Below are positions 28,730-40,523 of a stretch of DNA of 64,000 bases, piece after piece; the first letter of the stretch is position 1; every line of letters begins with the position of its first letter. The notes beneath the pieces are model-generated. The model was not told the origin of the DNA. It ran no database searches and saw nothing but the letters and a program-made list of their open reading frames with translations. The position numbers and the translations under genes were made by a program. Source of the stretch: an uncultured virus (IMG/VR IMGVR_UViG_3300009285_001861) (taxonomy: Duplodnaviria > Heunggongvirae > Uroviricota > Caudoviricetes); IMG/VR virus record IMGVR_UViG_3300009285_001861. One strand, given 5' to 3'.

Positions 28730-31700
28730 TCACTTCGCTGGCTTGAATCCGGAACACTCACAAGGATCCCCATTAGGGGCAGTAAGAGCATCACAATGCA
28801 GATGACTGAGGAGCCTGTGCCCACAGGTACAAAGGACCATGTTGTCCGGGGGAGTCAAACGGCGAAGGGCCTCCATGACTACATCATCACCCCCACATCG
28901 GCGGTCCTCGTACCTTGATTGACTGTAATGGTCATCGGCACACGCCCTGTCCTTTTTGCGTCGCAATCGGTCTGGCTTTTCTGGGTCGTCCTCCATTGTG
29001 TTACATGCCCACACGGTTGGGCCCCCACCGGAGCTAGCGATGCTGAGTTCCCCACCGCATACCCGACATGGGGGGATGACGGTTGGGGCATACCTCTCTG
29101 TGAGGATTAGGACAAGTTCGTCCAGGGTCCAGTCTGTGACTTCCTTCCCATACAGGGCAGCTCGGGCCTCCCGTTTGCTTTTCGCAGTTGTGGTCATCCG
29201 AATGTTCCTGGTTGGCTATCATTCTCAGACCAGGGGGACTTCCCTGCCCGGATGGCCACCCACTCTTCCTCGGTAGGCTTCCGGAAGGCTCCTTTGGGGT
29301 CAGGCTCAATATCGCAGTCGGTATCGTCGCCCGCACTGCGAATTGGTATGATCACGTAGTAGCCCTCCCAGATTGAAATTCCATGCGGGGCATCGTCGAG
29401 ACAGATCTCGTGGAGCATGCAACCAAAGCTATCAATCATGTACTCCAGGTCCCTACCCGTATACCAGATCACAATTCCATTATAGGTAGAATCCTTGGCG
29501 ATGACTGCCTTGGAATGGCCCTCTAGCTCATTCAAGAGGACTTCTGGGAGTGGGGTCCATGTCCATCCATGGGGTGGGGTCCACCCTTCCTGTATTGCCC
29601 GCTCAATCTCGTCCCGGCTACCAATGGCATTGGCATTGAGATACGTGTTCTTGGTTATGGCCGATTCCATGTCCTGGAAGAGGATCCGGACTTCCCCCAC
29701 CCCGGTATCATCCGATACCAAGACAAGATAGCCTTCCTGGGGGCGCCATGCCCAAATGGGGCCACAGAATACGCGCCCATCCCTCATTCGCACTGTTGTG
29801 TCATGCATGGCTGGGCCCCTTTAGGAGAGCCAGGAATTCATTCCAGTGTTCGTCCTCTTCGCGCTTCCTTTTCTGGGTGTAGCTCTCTCGTTCCCGCCTG
29901 TCCTCCTCCTGGAATTTCTTCTTGAGGGTCGTGATCAGTTCCTTGGGGCCATTGTCGGGAAGCGACTTCACAATTGTGTAGAAGAACAGTACCTCATTGA
30001 GGGCCATGGTGTGGCGATGGGGTTCCGTGGGGACCTCTGGCATTTTGAACTCATGGAGGAGAACCCCATAGGAGTGATGCCCAAAATCAGCCCCGGCTAC
30101 CATGAGAGGCTGCCCGTCCTGTGCAGGTGTAGCCCGGCTCTCGACAAGTCCCTTAACGGGGTGGTGCTGGAGGGTGCTTTCAAACATCCTTTTTCGTTCC
30201 TGGTAGAAGGCTTCCTTATCGGGAACATCTATCTGTATCATGTCCCGGCAGTTTTTGCACCCATAGTGGTACTCAGTGTCTGACTCCCCATTGGGGTCAA
30301 GGGGCTCGAATCCCGGACAGGGCTTCAATGGTGGGGGCAGTTTTCGTCTGGAACTAAACCGGGCTGTGGAGACGATGTGCTGCCAGAAGTCCTCCCGGGC
30401 TTCCTGTTCCTCAATGGCGATGGCGCGGGCCTGAATCTCCGGTGAAGGCCCCCACACGTCAATCTCCCAATAGCCTTTTATTTCGGCAGCCTCATGCTTG
30501 GAGAGTACAGCCTTCATGGCCGCCAGAATACCTTCAGGACGCTTGGCCATTAGCAGCTGGTGCCCCTCATCCTGCTCATACCACTGGAGCATCCGCCAAC
30601 GGCCACCGTGTGGGAAGAAGACTTTCATTGGGTGTCCTAGTAGGAGTTGTAGAACCGGATGATTTTTACACCGGCCGGGAGCTTGGCCATATCAACCTCA
30701 TAGCCAGCCCGACCCTCATCATTCCATTCCTTGAGGCAGTCTTTTCCCAGAACAACCTCTACGCCAGCATCATCTGGTGCTTCCCCGTTGAAGAAGCGAT
30801 CCACTTCGAGGGGTGGTGCTACCCCTGCTACCTTGCACGCATACCACACGTTCTTCATCTTCTTCCAGGTCTCGTCGGCGGGCTTGAACCCTACCACATG
30901 TGTGGACATTCCCATGGCTACAGGGCCGCCCATCCACGCTGATGACGACGCTTACCCAGGCTGCGTCGAACGATCTCCATGCCGATCTGGGCATCGCGAC
31001 CGGCCACCAGCTTGGCTTCGGGCGAGACCACCACAACGGGTGTCACCACAACCACTGGGGGGGCCACCGGGGTGGGAGCTGCCTCCGCGTCGGTCACCAT
31101 GGGTGCTGCCACCATCGTGGTCTGCACGGGTGCCTGGGGGGCCTTCCCACGCTTGGACGCGGGGGTCTTCTTCTCGGGGGCCGTCATTTCCACAACCACA
31201 TGCTTCGTATTCTTGGGGGTAGCCATTTTCAATCTCCTGCTTTCTCTTGGTGGTTGTTACCCCACCGGGTCATATTAGGAAGGCATATTCTTGGGAAACT
31301 TCTCGATGGACCCATCAGGATGACGAACCTCAAGGTCCCCAACCGACCGCAGCTCTTGAAATTCATCCCCCAAGGTCAAGGGGACGTTTCTTGGAAGTTG
31401 GGGCCGGATAGCCCCGAGGATTCCTGTGAGGGCCCGTTTTGAGTCTGCATCGAAGTTCTTGCTGGCATAGTTCGATGCCCAGATGGTCAGGCAGCGCAAC
31501 TCATGAAGGTTGATCTTGAGAGTGAAGTCATCCTCAATGGCCATGGGAACCCCAGTAGTGCCACAAGAAGGACAACAATCCCTAGGGAGATCATCGAACT
31601 CGGCCCGACAGGAAGTGCAACGAATGGCGGCAGACGGCATCTACCGGACCTTGGCCTTCTTACACACGTTGTCCAGGGCGCTCCGGTATCCTAGTGCAAA

Positions 31701-32856
31701 CTCAAGCATTCTCGTGTAGTCCTGCTGGGTCAGCCAGGGAGCACTCCCATCGGTAGACAACTGGACCCCTTCCGACTTAGTCACAAATAGCCGGATGCCC
31801 ATCCCTCCCCCCAAGTAGAACCTGGGGAAGACCGAGTAGGAGGGGAACCTGTCCTGAAAAGACCGGATGAACCCTCCAATTTTGGCCACAGGAATGGTCA
31901 CATCAATAGAGGCCACGTCCAAAGTGGTATGCCAAGTATTGGCCTTGTCATAGGGATCAGTCATGAACTTGGGTTTCCGTGAGCAGGTCCATTGCCGCGT
32001 CGATGTGCTCAATTAAGGTCTCACTCGACGTGCTGTGGTGCCAGTACCCACCAAGCATTCGCTGTACCTCAATCAGTGTTGCTTTGCGGGCTACCAGCTC
32101 ATCCTTGAGGGCTTTGATGGTGGCGCGATCTGCGTTGATGGCCTCCAATAGAATGCTCAAGGAGTTAGCAATGGGGTCCCCACAACCGATTTCCCGCATG
32201 CGCTCCACAGTGGAGTTGTGTTCTTTGGCATGCCTCTTGTGCGCCTCTTCATTGAAAAACTCAATGACCTTTGGCAACTCTGCAATTGTGGCTTCTCGGA
32301 TCTGCTCGCGGGTGTAGGGCTTAGGTTTGCTCATGGGTTCTCTGCCATTTCCAATGCCTTCGTGATGAGTTCAGACTTCACGGACTCCATGCCATCGCAC
32401 AGCTGCCAGGGGTTTTCGGTGCCACCCCCATCAAGCCACCGCATTGCCCCACAGTCAGCACACCACTGCACCCCAGAAGTGGACGAGAGCAACTGGGACC
32501 GACGCTGGATGGGGTGTTTGCAGAGGAGCATGGCCCGCAATGATTCTGTGAGGCTCATGGGGCTACTTCCTCTTCTTAGGGGCTGGGAGGCTCTTCTCGA
32601 CGAACTGCTGGAGTGCCAGATAGGACAGGTCACCGAGTTCGCGGGCCTTCTCAATCTTCGCCCAATGGGCCTCTCGATCTTTGAACTTGGGCAAATCCGT
32701 GTACCGCTTATTCCACTCCAGGATAAGTCGGTCTGACATTTCACGTGCCCGCCAAAGATCATACGAAAGCCTGTGAATCGTCTCAAAAGGCGTTTCTCTG
32801 GCTCCGGTAACGGGATTGTGTTGAAGAGTGGCTTTAGGATGCCCGGTTACGGCCAT
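28730..32856 (-). other. Array of ~10 hypothetical genes (28730-29197, 29194-29808, 29801-30628, ~30637-30909, 30918-31232, 31275-31640, ~31641-31964, 31957-32334, ~32331-32558, 32563-32856)
   Basis: Tiled ORFs, many coupled. Confidence 0.55.
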
Positions 32857-32860
32857 GGAA

Positions 32861-33733
32861 CTACTTCCACCACGTGTCGGTTGGGGTCACGGGAGCCGCT
32901 CGCTTGTGGCGAGTTGCCAGGAACCGGGCCTCAATGATACGGGCTGCCTCCTCCCCTACGTGGGCACCGGGGCAACCATTGCTAATGGGATACCCCTCCA
33001 GGTAGTTGTCGATCTCATCGTAGGAGATGCCCAGCTCGGTCTCGTCAGCCTGTGCGGGGTTGCCGTCCAGGAGGTCCGCTGTGGGGACCTTCAGGTAGAT
33101 GGCCGGGTCTGCCCCAAGTTCCTTGAGGAGTCGGGCACCCTGCCTCTTGGTGAGGCCAGCAAGGGGAAGGATGTCTGCCCCACCGTCACCGAACTTAGTG
33201 AAGAACCCAGTTACGGACTCAGCCGCATGGTCCGTACCAATGACCAGCAGGTTCTTCTGCCCCCCAATAGCATATTGGGCCACCATTCGCATTCGGGCCT
33301 TGATGTTGCCCTTGTGATAGTCGGTCAGGTCTTCCCCCATGGACTTCTGGAAGGTTAGCGTGGCAGAATCCACTGCATCTTTGATGTTGTAGGTGACGGT
33401 CACATCGGGCCGGATGAACTGGAGTGCCCGCTGGGCATCTACTTCATCCTTCTGGGTCCCGTGGGGGAGCCGGACAGCGACGAAAAATGCCTCATAGTCT
33501 TTCGTGGGCCCCTGATAGGCTGGGTGGTCAATGAGGAGGTTGACCGCCATCTGGGCAAGCCTGCCAGCCAGGGACGAGTCCTGGCCTCCGCTGATACCGA
33601 GAACGTACCCCCTGGCCTTCGAGGCCACCAAGTAGTCCCTCAAGAACTGGACTCGCTCCTTGATTTCGGTTGCTGGGTCAATTGTGGGCTTGACCCCGAG
33701 TTCTTGGATGATCCGTGCTTGCATTGTTGTCAT
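32861..33733 (-). CDS. nadE: Ammonia-dependent NAD+ synthetase
   Basis: [44 protein letters not shown] motifs. Confidence 0.95.
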   Translation of the reverse strand: MTTMQARIIQELGVKPTIDPATEIKERVQFLRDYLVASKARGYVLGISGGQDSSLAGRLAQMAVNLLIDHPAYQGPTKDYEAFFVAVRLPHGTQKDEVDAQRALQFIRPDVTVTYNIKDAVDSATLTFQKSMGEDLTDYHKGNIKARMRMVAQYAIGGQKNLLVIGTDHAAESVTGFFTKFGDGGADILPLAGLTKRQGARLLKELGADPAIYLKVPTADLLDGNPAQADETELGISYDEIDNYLEGYPISNGCPGAHVGEEAARIIEARFLATRHKRAAPVTPTDTWWK

Positions 33734-34110
33734 GGCGGTACTTACTCCTCTACCTGGAGGATCCGCTGGAACACTGCTTCGATTTCCGCCCGCCCCTCAG
33801 CGTTGGAAATGGGGCCCTTGAACTCGTTCATGAAGTTCCAGACGGCTTCGTGGACCTCCCGCATCGTCATTGGCGGCTGCCACGTAGCCTTGTTGGCCTG
33901 TAGCTCCTCCAAGCAGTCTCGACAGATGTAGAGCTGGTAATGGGTGCCATCTACCTTCAATCTCAACAGGCTGTCGCACAAGATATTGTCGCAACCATCA
34001 CGCTCGCACGCCATAACGCCCATTGTAAGGTCTCCTGGGGAAGTTACTCTCGTGGTAGCCTAAAGGGTGCAGAGCCGTGTTGGCTATTCTGGCTATGCTA
34101 CCCACAGGGT

Positions 34111-34731
34111 ATGAAACTCTGTCAAAAATGTGGTTCCAGAATCCCAGCCCATATCGTGATTGAGGGTAAGAAAAGGAACCTCAAGAACAGGCTGTACTGC
34201 TTTGAATGCTCACCCTTCAAGGCTCACAATACCAAAGTGTTGGCTCCTAGCCCACACTCTCCTACCCCCACCCCCACGGATAAGCGGCGGCATACATCTG
34301 ACCACCAACCAATCCAGCAACTTACCTGTGAACGATGTGCCAGAGTCTACCTCCACAATGTCAAGCATAGATCCGGGCATACTCTCCGTTACTGTAACAG
34401 TTGTATGGTCAACACACGTCGGTTTGAGCGCAAACTCAAGTGTATTGAGTATATGGGAGGTGAGTGCCAGAAGTGTGGGTACTCAAAATGTTCACGAGCC
34501 TTCCATTTCCACCACCTCGACCCCTCTTTGAAGTCCTGGCAAATTAGCGGGGGCCATTGTAGAAAATGGGAGCGAGTCAAAGAGGAGCTTGATAAGTGTG
34601 TTCTCCTATGTTCCAATTGCCACATGGAGCTTGAGGAGGAACTGGAGGTACTCAAGCGAGGCCCACGTACAACAGTTCTCAATGCCCTAAAAAAAGCGAT
34701 CTCTGAAAAAAGTGGGCACACTGGAACTTGA
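34111..34731 (+). CDS. Free-standing HNH homing endonuclease
   Basis: GGECQKCGY...FHHLDP...ELDKCVLLCSNCHME; 3' end overlaps tRNA-Ile antisense. Confidence 0.9.
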   Translation: MKLCQKCGSRIPAHIVIEGKKRNLKNRLYCFECSPFKAHNTKVLAPSPHSPTPTPTDKRRHTSDHQPIQQLTCERCARVYLHNVKHRSGHTLRYCNSCMVNTRRFERKLKCIEYMGGECQKCGYSKCSRAFHFHHLDPSLKSWQISGGHCRKWERVKEELDKCVLLCSNCHMELEEELEVLKRGPRTTVLNALKKAISEKSGHTGT

Positions 34732-34998
34732 ATCCAGGACCTTCCGCTTATCTTCCTACTCCCAATTTCGTGGGCCGGGGCTCCCCGTTGTAGGCTGGAC
34801 TATATCTTCACCATCTCAGGTGCCTGGGTATCTAGTCTCTACGGCGCTCTCCCTTTTCGGAAGTTCCCTCGGTATTGTCTCCAGCATGACCCGCTGAGAG
34901 TTCCACCGATATCCCCAGATCCACCTACAGGATTCACGTTCCCCTGTAGGGCTCATACACTAAGGCGGATGCTCTGACCAAAACTGAGCTATGTGCCC
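34713..34998 (-). tRNA. tRNA-Ile(TAT) interrupted by a group I intron
   Basis: Exons 34962-34998 and 34713-34751 join to TCCGC-CTTATAA-GCGGA. Confidence 0.82.
34752..34961 (-). ncRNA. Group I self-splicing intron (210 nt, no ORF)
   Basis: Core elements CCGTAGAGACTA and GAAGATATAGTCC; terminal G; P1 CUU^A/UGAG with U-G at the 5' splice site. Confidence 0.88.
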
Positions 34999-35017
34999 GA
35001 ATTAAGCTAAGAAATCG

Positions 35018-35096
35018 CGCTCCGGGTGGGGCTCGAACCCACATATAGAGACCTCTTAGAAGGAGGTTGCCTGACTTCCAATTAGGCTACCGGAGC
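35018..35096 (-). tRNA. tRNA-Arg(TCT)
   Basis: ACCTC-CTTCTAA-GAGGT. Confidence 0.88.
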
Positions 35097-35103
35097 AAAG
35101 TAC

Positions 35104-35517
35104 TCAGACAGATATTCGTCTGAGCCTAGTGCCGGTAGCGGTAACCGAAACCGCGGTGTGCTCCTTATGAGAGAGCAACCCGCCCTGTGTACCGGCATTC
35201 AGCAATGCATCGGTGCACATTCGATTTGAGGTACGAGTAGAGAGGTTCGAACTCCCGACGCGCGGGGCGTAGGCCCGCCGCTCTTCCGCTGAGCTATACT
35301 CGCGTACAAAACCTTGCTGCCCACCGCACGGGTGAGCGGGTCGCACGACGAGACCAGCAGTTGAGGTGTAGTGATTCATGGTGCATGCAGAGAGAATCGA
35401 ACTCTCATTTCGCAGATTAAGAGTCTGGCGACCTGCCGTTGGCCCATGCATGCGTGTTTGCTCCCGAGGTTTTCCCTCGGGGCAACGCTTGAGCATGGAT
35501 GTGGTCAGGTGGTTCAT
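35104..35517 (-). CDS. Leader/read-through ORF spanning tRNA-Lys, Val and CAT, ending AGG CTC AGA CGA ATA before Arg(TCT)/Ile(TAT)
   Basis: 137 open codons from the promoter-proximal ATG; cognate codons in each spacer; internal ATG at 35379. Confidence 0.72.
   Translation of the reverse strand: MNHLTTSMLKRCPEGKPREQTRMHGPTAGRQTLNLRNESSILSACTMNHYTSTAGLVVRPAHPCGGQQGFVREYSSAEERRAYAPRVGSSNLSTRTSNRMCTDALLNAGTQGGLLSHKEHTAVSVTATGTRLRRISV
35130..35196 (-). tRNA. Short tRNA with CAT anticodon (Met or Ile2), reduced D arm
   Basis: 7-bp acceptor, GCTCT-CTCATAA-GGAGC, T arm GCGGT/ACCGC; 67 nt. Confidence 0.65.
35232..35303 (-). tRNA. tRNA-Val(TAC)
   Basis: GCGGG-CCTACGC-CCCGC (C33); A73. Confidence 0.8.
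35379..35453 (-). tRNA. tRNA-Lys(CTT)
   Basis: CAGA-CTCTTAA-TCTG; CCA. Confidence 0.87.
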
Positions 35518-35531
35518 GGGGGTGATCGCAG

Positions 35532-35560
35532 AGTATGGTACGGAATCTATAGGCTGTCAA
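35532..35560 (-). promoter_or_regulatory. sigma70-type promoter of Lys-Val-CAT-Arg-Ile operon
   Basis: TTGACA-N17-CATACT. Confidence 0.75.
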
Positions 35561-35630
35561 TTGCCTGCTTGGTTGTTGTCTCTATCTTACGCTCGTGGGG
35601 GCTGGGTTGGGGAGGAAATCGACCAGGGAC

Positions 35631-38600
35631 CTACTGAAACTGGTGGGCCAACCAACCGAGGAGCAGGCTTAGAGTAGATGTAAAAGCTCCCAGCACAAGG
35701 ATTTCAATCACCCTCTCGGTGGAACCTCGCTCTCGCTGCTCTTTGGTGGTATTGGGCGTTGGATGCATCATCCCAGCAAGGAGGAGTATCCCATAGGCTA
35801 CGGGCATGCTGAGTGGTCTCACCCCAAATTGAGGCACCGCAAACCACCCCCACAGGACGGTCATGACCCAACTGTTCCACAGGGCCAGAGGAACCCCAAT
35901 CACCAACCCTAGGAGGGGTGCCATGCAACCAGATTCCTTGTCGTCAGAACTCATTGATATCTCCTAAATTGGCGCTCTTCACTCTGTCTTTGACCGCTTC
36001 CCGGAGACCAAACCTGTTACCTCCAAGTAGTCCGAGTAACAGTAATCACACATAGCCTTACCATTTATGATGTTTTCATTCCCAGGGGTGCCACCTCGCA
36101 GGCCATGACAGACCTCGCAGGCGTCCTGCCTCATCTCCTGGGACTTTTTCACTCGCTTCGCTGTTAGAGCCGCTTCCAACTGTCCCAGGACCTTGTGTTC
36201 CATATCCTGGAGGAGGACCCCAGCTAGGTAGAGGGCATCATGATCTGGACTTGGCAGGGAATTGACCATCTTCCAGAACTTCTTGGACTTGGGTCCTGAG
36301 TAGTGTTTGTGAATCAACACTGGCTTCTTCTTCTTCTTGGTCATGGTTCTTGTCCTGTTAGCCCAGGTGAGGGGTCAACTGGCTTCGTTGGTTTCGATGG
36401 CTCCCAATCTGGGGCGACCCACACATAGCCCGTCTTACGGCCGAAGTTGTGGGTGTCTACGCCTTCTTCAGGGAAAAGGTCGCGCTGGAGGAGGAAGCTG
36501 TCTCGCTTGGTGGGCCAGGACCCGTTTTCAACCTGAAACCCGAGAGCACATACCTCCTTGATGGTCTTACCAATCAGGTCTTCAATCTTCATCCCCCGAT
36601 CTTCACATTGCTCAGCTAGGGTCATCATCCCCGTAGCCCCGCGAAGGACTAGAATGGCACGAACCCGTCGCTCGATTTCAGCGAACGTCTCCTCGGGAGT
36701 TGATGTGGTGGTAATAGAGTCTGTGATTGCCCAGTCACTTCCGTCAGCTCGGTAGGTCCAATGGTGCGAATGCCGGACGGCTTCCACGGAAGGTCCCCCC
36801 TGTGGAAAGAAGGCAACCCAGCAGGTGTCAAGGTCGTGCCAATTCAGTGCCATCTCAATCCCCTAGTTGCTGTGGTGCTTGCTCTTGGCCTTGCTGGTCG
36901 GGGCCTTGTTCCGCGCTTCGCGGCGAAGATGCCAGGACTTGTGCATTTGCGTCCATCCGGCGACATCCATGAACTCATAGTCATAGCGTTCCCCGACTGG
37001 CCGGTACCACCAGCCCCCAGCATCGGTAGCTAGGTCTCCAAGGAGCTTCATGGCATCTACGAAGTCGGAGTCACAGTCACAATCGGGTCCGTGGTCTTCC
37101 TTGTCGGTAGCAATTTCCCACAGGTCGAACTCCGTAAACCCCTCCTCATCCTCACTCAGGATGAGGACAGCGGTGATGATTTCGTGCTTGAGGAGGCGCT
37201 TGGCGTAATCCTGGATCTTCTCTTCGTTGGTCATCTGGTTCCTTTTTGGGCCTCTCGCTCATGGTCCGTCCCGAGTTGAAGTTGGTGCCTCAACTCAATG
37301 AATCGCTTGATGGCCAAGGTGGGGTTGTCAAAGATCTCTTCAGAGTCTTTCACGAGATGGTCCCCAGTGGCGAACCGCCCATCCTCCAGAGATCGGAGGT
37401 AGAGGCATCCCGTCCCACACATCCCAATATCATACCCAATGTCCAGCTCAAGTACCCGAGCAAGGGCGGTGACTTCATCTTCATGAGTGACCGGTTTACT
37501 TGGCATGGATCACCGAGACCGGCATGGCATTGGACCATACCCACATGCTTCGCAGTTCACATTGTGGCCCATATCTGCCTGCTGGTTACCGCAATCAGGA
37601 CATGTAGCCCAGAACTCATTGTTCTCGAAGGTCACCCCATCCGGGAGATCCTCGTCACAATCTCGTCCCTGCACGTTGACTACCCGTACCTTGTGCCTTG
37701 TCATACGGGCTCCAGCTTCTGGGCGATATCAATGTTGCGCGTAGCCATGGCTACTTTACCCTTCTCTTTAGGACTTCTATGGCGCTTTCGATGCCATCTA
37801 CGCGACCGTGCAGGAACCTCAGGGCATCCTCTCGATAGTTGTCCCTGACAGCATCATCCGCTGCATGAACTGCATTGGCCAGGAGTTCCTCCAACTCGGT
37901 GATCCCTCCCCGGGAGTCCCACCGGGTCGCTACCTCATTGAGGAAGGATGAGATCCTCCCTCGTGCATAGAAAGGATCAAGGGCAGTGCCTCTGAGGCGC
38001 TCTGCAAGGTCTGGCCGGTGAGCGACCAAAACATTGAAGTACACTTGCCCGGGGCGTTGCTCTGGATGTGCCTCAGCATAGGCCATTGCGGTGGCAATGT
38101 ATTCATCGTAGGTCATTGGTTGTCATTGCTGCAAGGGGTCAAGTTGCTTGGAAATGTTGCTGAGAAGTTGGATCATGGCACTGAGGTTGGTGGCCCCGTA
38201 TCCTATGGCGAGGAGCTTGTGGCTCTCCCACGACAAAGGAATCTCCAGAAAAGCATAGCTGCCCTGACCGGAAGGTAATACCCTCAGCGTGGCATTCCTG
38301 TCCAGCTTGCGTCCCAGCCGGACAATCAACTGCTTGGTTAGGTCAATGCTTCGTGCCATGATGCCCCTCAGCCCGTATGGTCCATGCCGTTTGCGATGAG
38401 AATGCTTGCAGCCTTTTTGCTGATCTTGATGAGCTCCTGTGAGCTATCCGCATGCATAACATTCAGGAAGGGGCCCTTGGGCCATCCCGCACCCATGGCA
38501 ACCTGGATACATTGGGGACGCTTGGTCTTGGTTGGGATTTTGGTCATGGCTTGGTTACACTCTTCTTGGTGAGTTTGGCAGAACCCTCCCTGAACCCATA

Positions 38601-40225
38601 CGCCTTCTCTCCTGAAACAACTCGGCGGATCCAGGAGGCTGCCACCTTCACAGGTACCACGAAGTCTTCCTTCGGGCGATTCTTGGCAGCTTTGGTGGCT
38701 TCCGTCAAAGTGTACCGACCGGCCAGATCAAAGTTGGTCGTGTACCCAGCGCTATTGGGACGCCACCATCGGACTAGCTCATAGGGCTCTGCCTCATGGG
38801 GTCCCTGGTTCATGATGAGATACTCATCAGGGTCGGCGAGGATATGGGCCAATTCCGCATGAAGCTCCATGATTGCTTCATTGAGGGCTGGGATGTCCCC
38901 CAAGTCTTTGGCCTTGGTAGCCTTGACCTCGTATTGACGCAGTACCTTTGTGACAGCTGATTCAGGGGCCTTGGTCATCATCTGTTGCATCACCGCAATG
39001 ACCGGTTGGGTATCCTTTTTTCGTTCCGTCATGTTGGCGGCTTTCGCGTTGAGGCAGGAGATGGTGACTCTTCCTCTTCTGGGGCCAAGATGGCTGGGTA
39101 AGCAGTCTTGTGATCCTCGGCCAGCTTCTCTAATTTGGGTACCAGGACCTTGAGGATTTCCTTCCCAAGGGACTGTAGGGCGATGGCCTCTTCGTGCTTC
39201 CCCTGGCGGAACAGGTCTACGGCCTTCGCGTCAAGATAGGAGGCAGTTACCTGGACCCCTTGGGCCTGCCCGTCCAGCCAATTCTGGGTGCACAGGTTGT
39301 CGTAGGAGTAACGGTGGACAAACTTCTCATCCCTCAATATCATATCACGGCTCATGGGTTGGTTCCCTCGTAACCCACCCGTCCCGTGAGGTCGGGGGAC
39401 CGATATGGTACTCCAGGTACTTGGCGCTTGAACAGACAGGCTCTGTAGCCCTCCTTGACCATCTCCCACCCTTCTGCGCCAAGCTTGTTCAACCACTCCA
39501 CTGCCAGTGGGTCCGTGATATCACATGTGTAGGTGCTGGTCATGGTCTTCGCCTTACCGAAAAGGACATCCTCCTGGTAGGTCGTTGTACCCAAGGGCTT
39601 TTTTTCTGCCTTGTATTGCCACTGGATCATCTCAAATTACCCCTTTGCTGCCAACCAGGGCTTTGGTAATGCTGCCAGCCAGGGCCCTGACCCTCGCCAT
39701 GCCCTCGTCATATTCCTGCTCGGCCCGCCTCGCTTCCTCGTCGGATTCCGAATGGGGAGGCTGTTGCAACCCACCTAGAAGCATGATAGCTTCGTTCAAT
39801 TGAGCCCGAAGGCGTTGTGCACTCTGTGCAGACTCCGCCCCGTTCCCCATGAAAAGAATCCGATCGAACAGGGGGCCGCTCGGGGGGAGTGGTGCAGGCT
39901 CCGCCTCACGATCACCGGCTGGACAAGGGCACCGGCCCGAGCCCCGGCCCGAGCCCCTACCAGTGTCCCGTATGCCAGTGCCCCGGCACTCAGGACATTT
40001 GGTTTGGCGCATGCTCGGGGGCACTTCGCCATCGACACCATAAGTAGCGTTCTCTATCGCGCGTTCGCGTATGTATTCAAGCGGGTGCTTCCCTACACCA
40101 GCCCATGCCCCCTGGTGTCGCTCGATGATGTACGTAAGTTGCTTGATCTTGACCGTCGCCGCCTCCAATGCTGCAAGGTCATCGGCCACGTCACGGACAA
40201 ATAGCGCGCGTTCTGTGCGGTTCAT
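35631..40225 (-). other. Array of ~13 small hypothetical genes (includes membrane protein 35631-35954 and zinc-ribbon 37510-37704)
   Basis: Tiled minus-strand ORFs. Confidence 0.55.
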
Positions 40226-40340
40226 GGGGCATCACCAATTGTATTGTGCATCTCGTTGGACATGTCCAAGTTACTCCTCGGAGCTAGGAATCGGGCTGAA
40301 AAAAGGAACTCTAGATTCTCGATATGTTTCGCTAACTTAG

Positions 40341-40426
40341 AGGATGCGGCTCGATTCGAACGAGCGGGAGATTTTACCTCCGGTGGGGTTCAAATCCACT
40401 GCCTTAGACCACTCGGCCACGCATCC
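40341..40426 (-). tRNA. tRNA-Ser(TGA)
   Basis: Long variable arm; GTGGA-TTTGAAC-CCCAC (A31-C39). Confidence 0.85.
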
Positions 40427-40430
40427 CTAG

Positions 40431-40519
40431 CAGTCGAGAGAGGATTCGAACCTCCGGTGCCCCTTTCGAGGCACACCGGTTTTCCAAACCGGCCGCATAA
40501 ACCACTCGCGCACCCGACT
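40431..40519 (-). tRNA. tRNA-Ser(GGA)
   Basis: CCGGT-TTGGAAA-ACCGG; long variable arm. Confidence 0.9.
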
Positions 40520-40523
40520 AGAC

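Noticed and set aside
34713..34998. Spliced product as Ile(GAT)
   Set aside because: It would need the intron to end in A and would lose the U-G pair at the splice site.
35232..35303. Reading this tRNA as Arg(ACG)
   Set aside because: The 5-bp stem GCGGG/CCCGC centres TAC; A73 and upstream Val codons agree with Val.
39935..39958. Short in-frame duplications (GRGSGRGSGR here; TPQVTPQVT near 57720; DVVTP in the lipoprotein)
   Set aside because: Ordinary low-complexity coding repeats.
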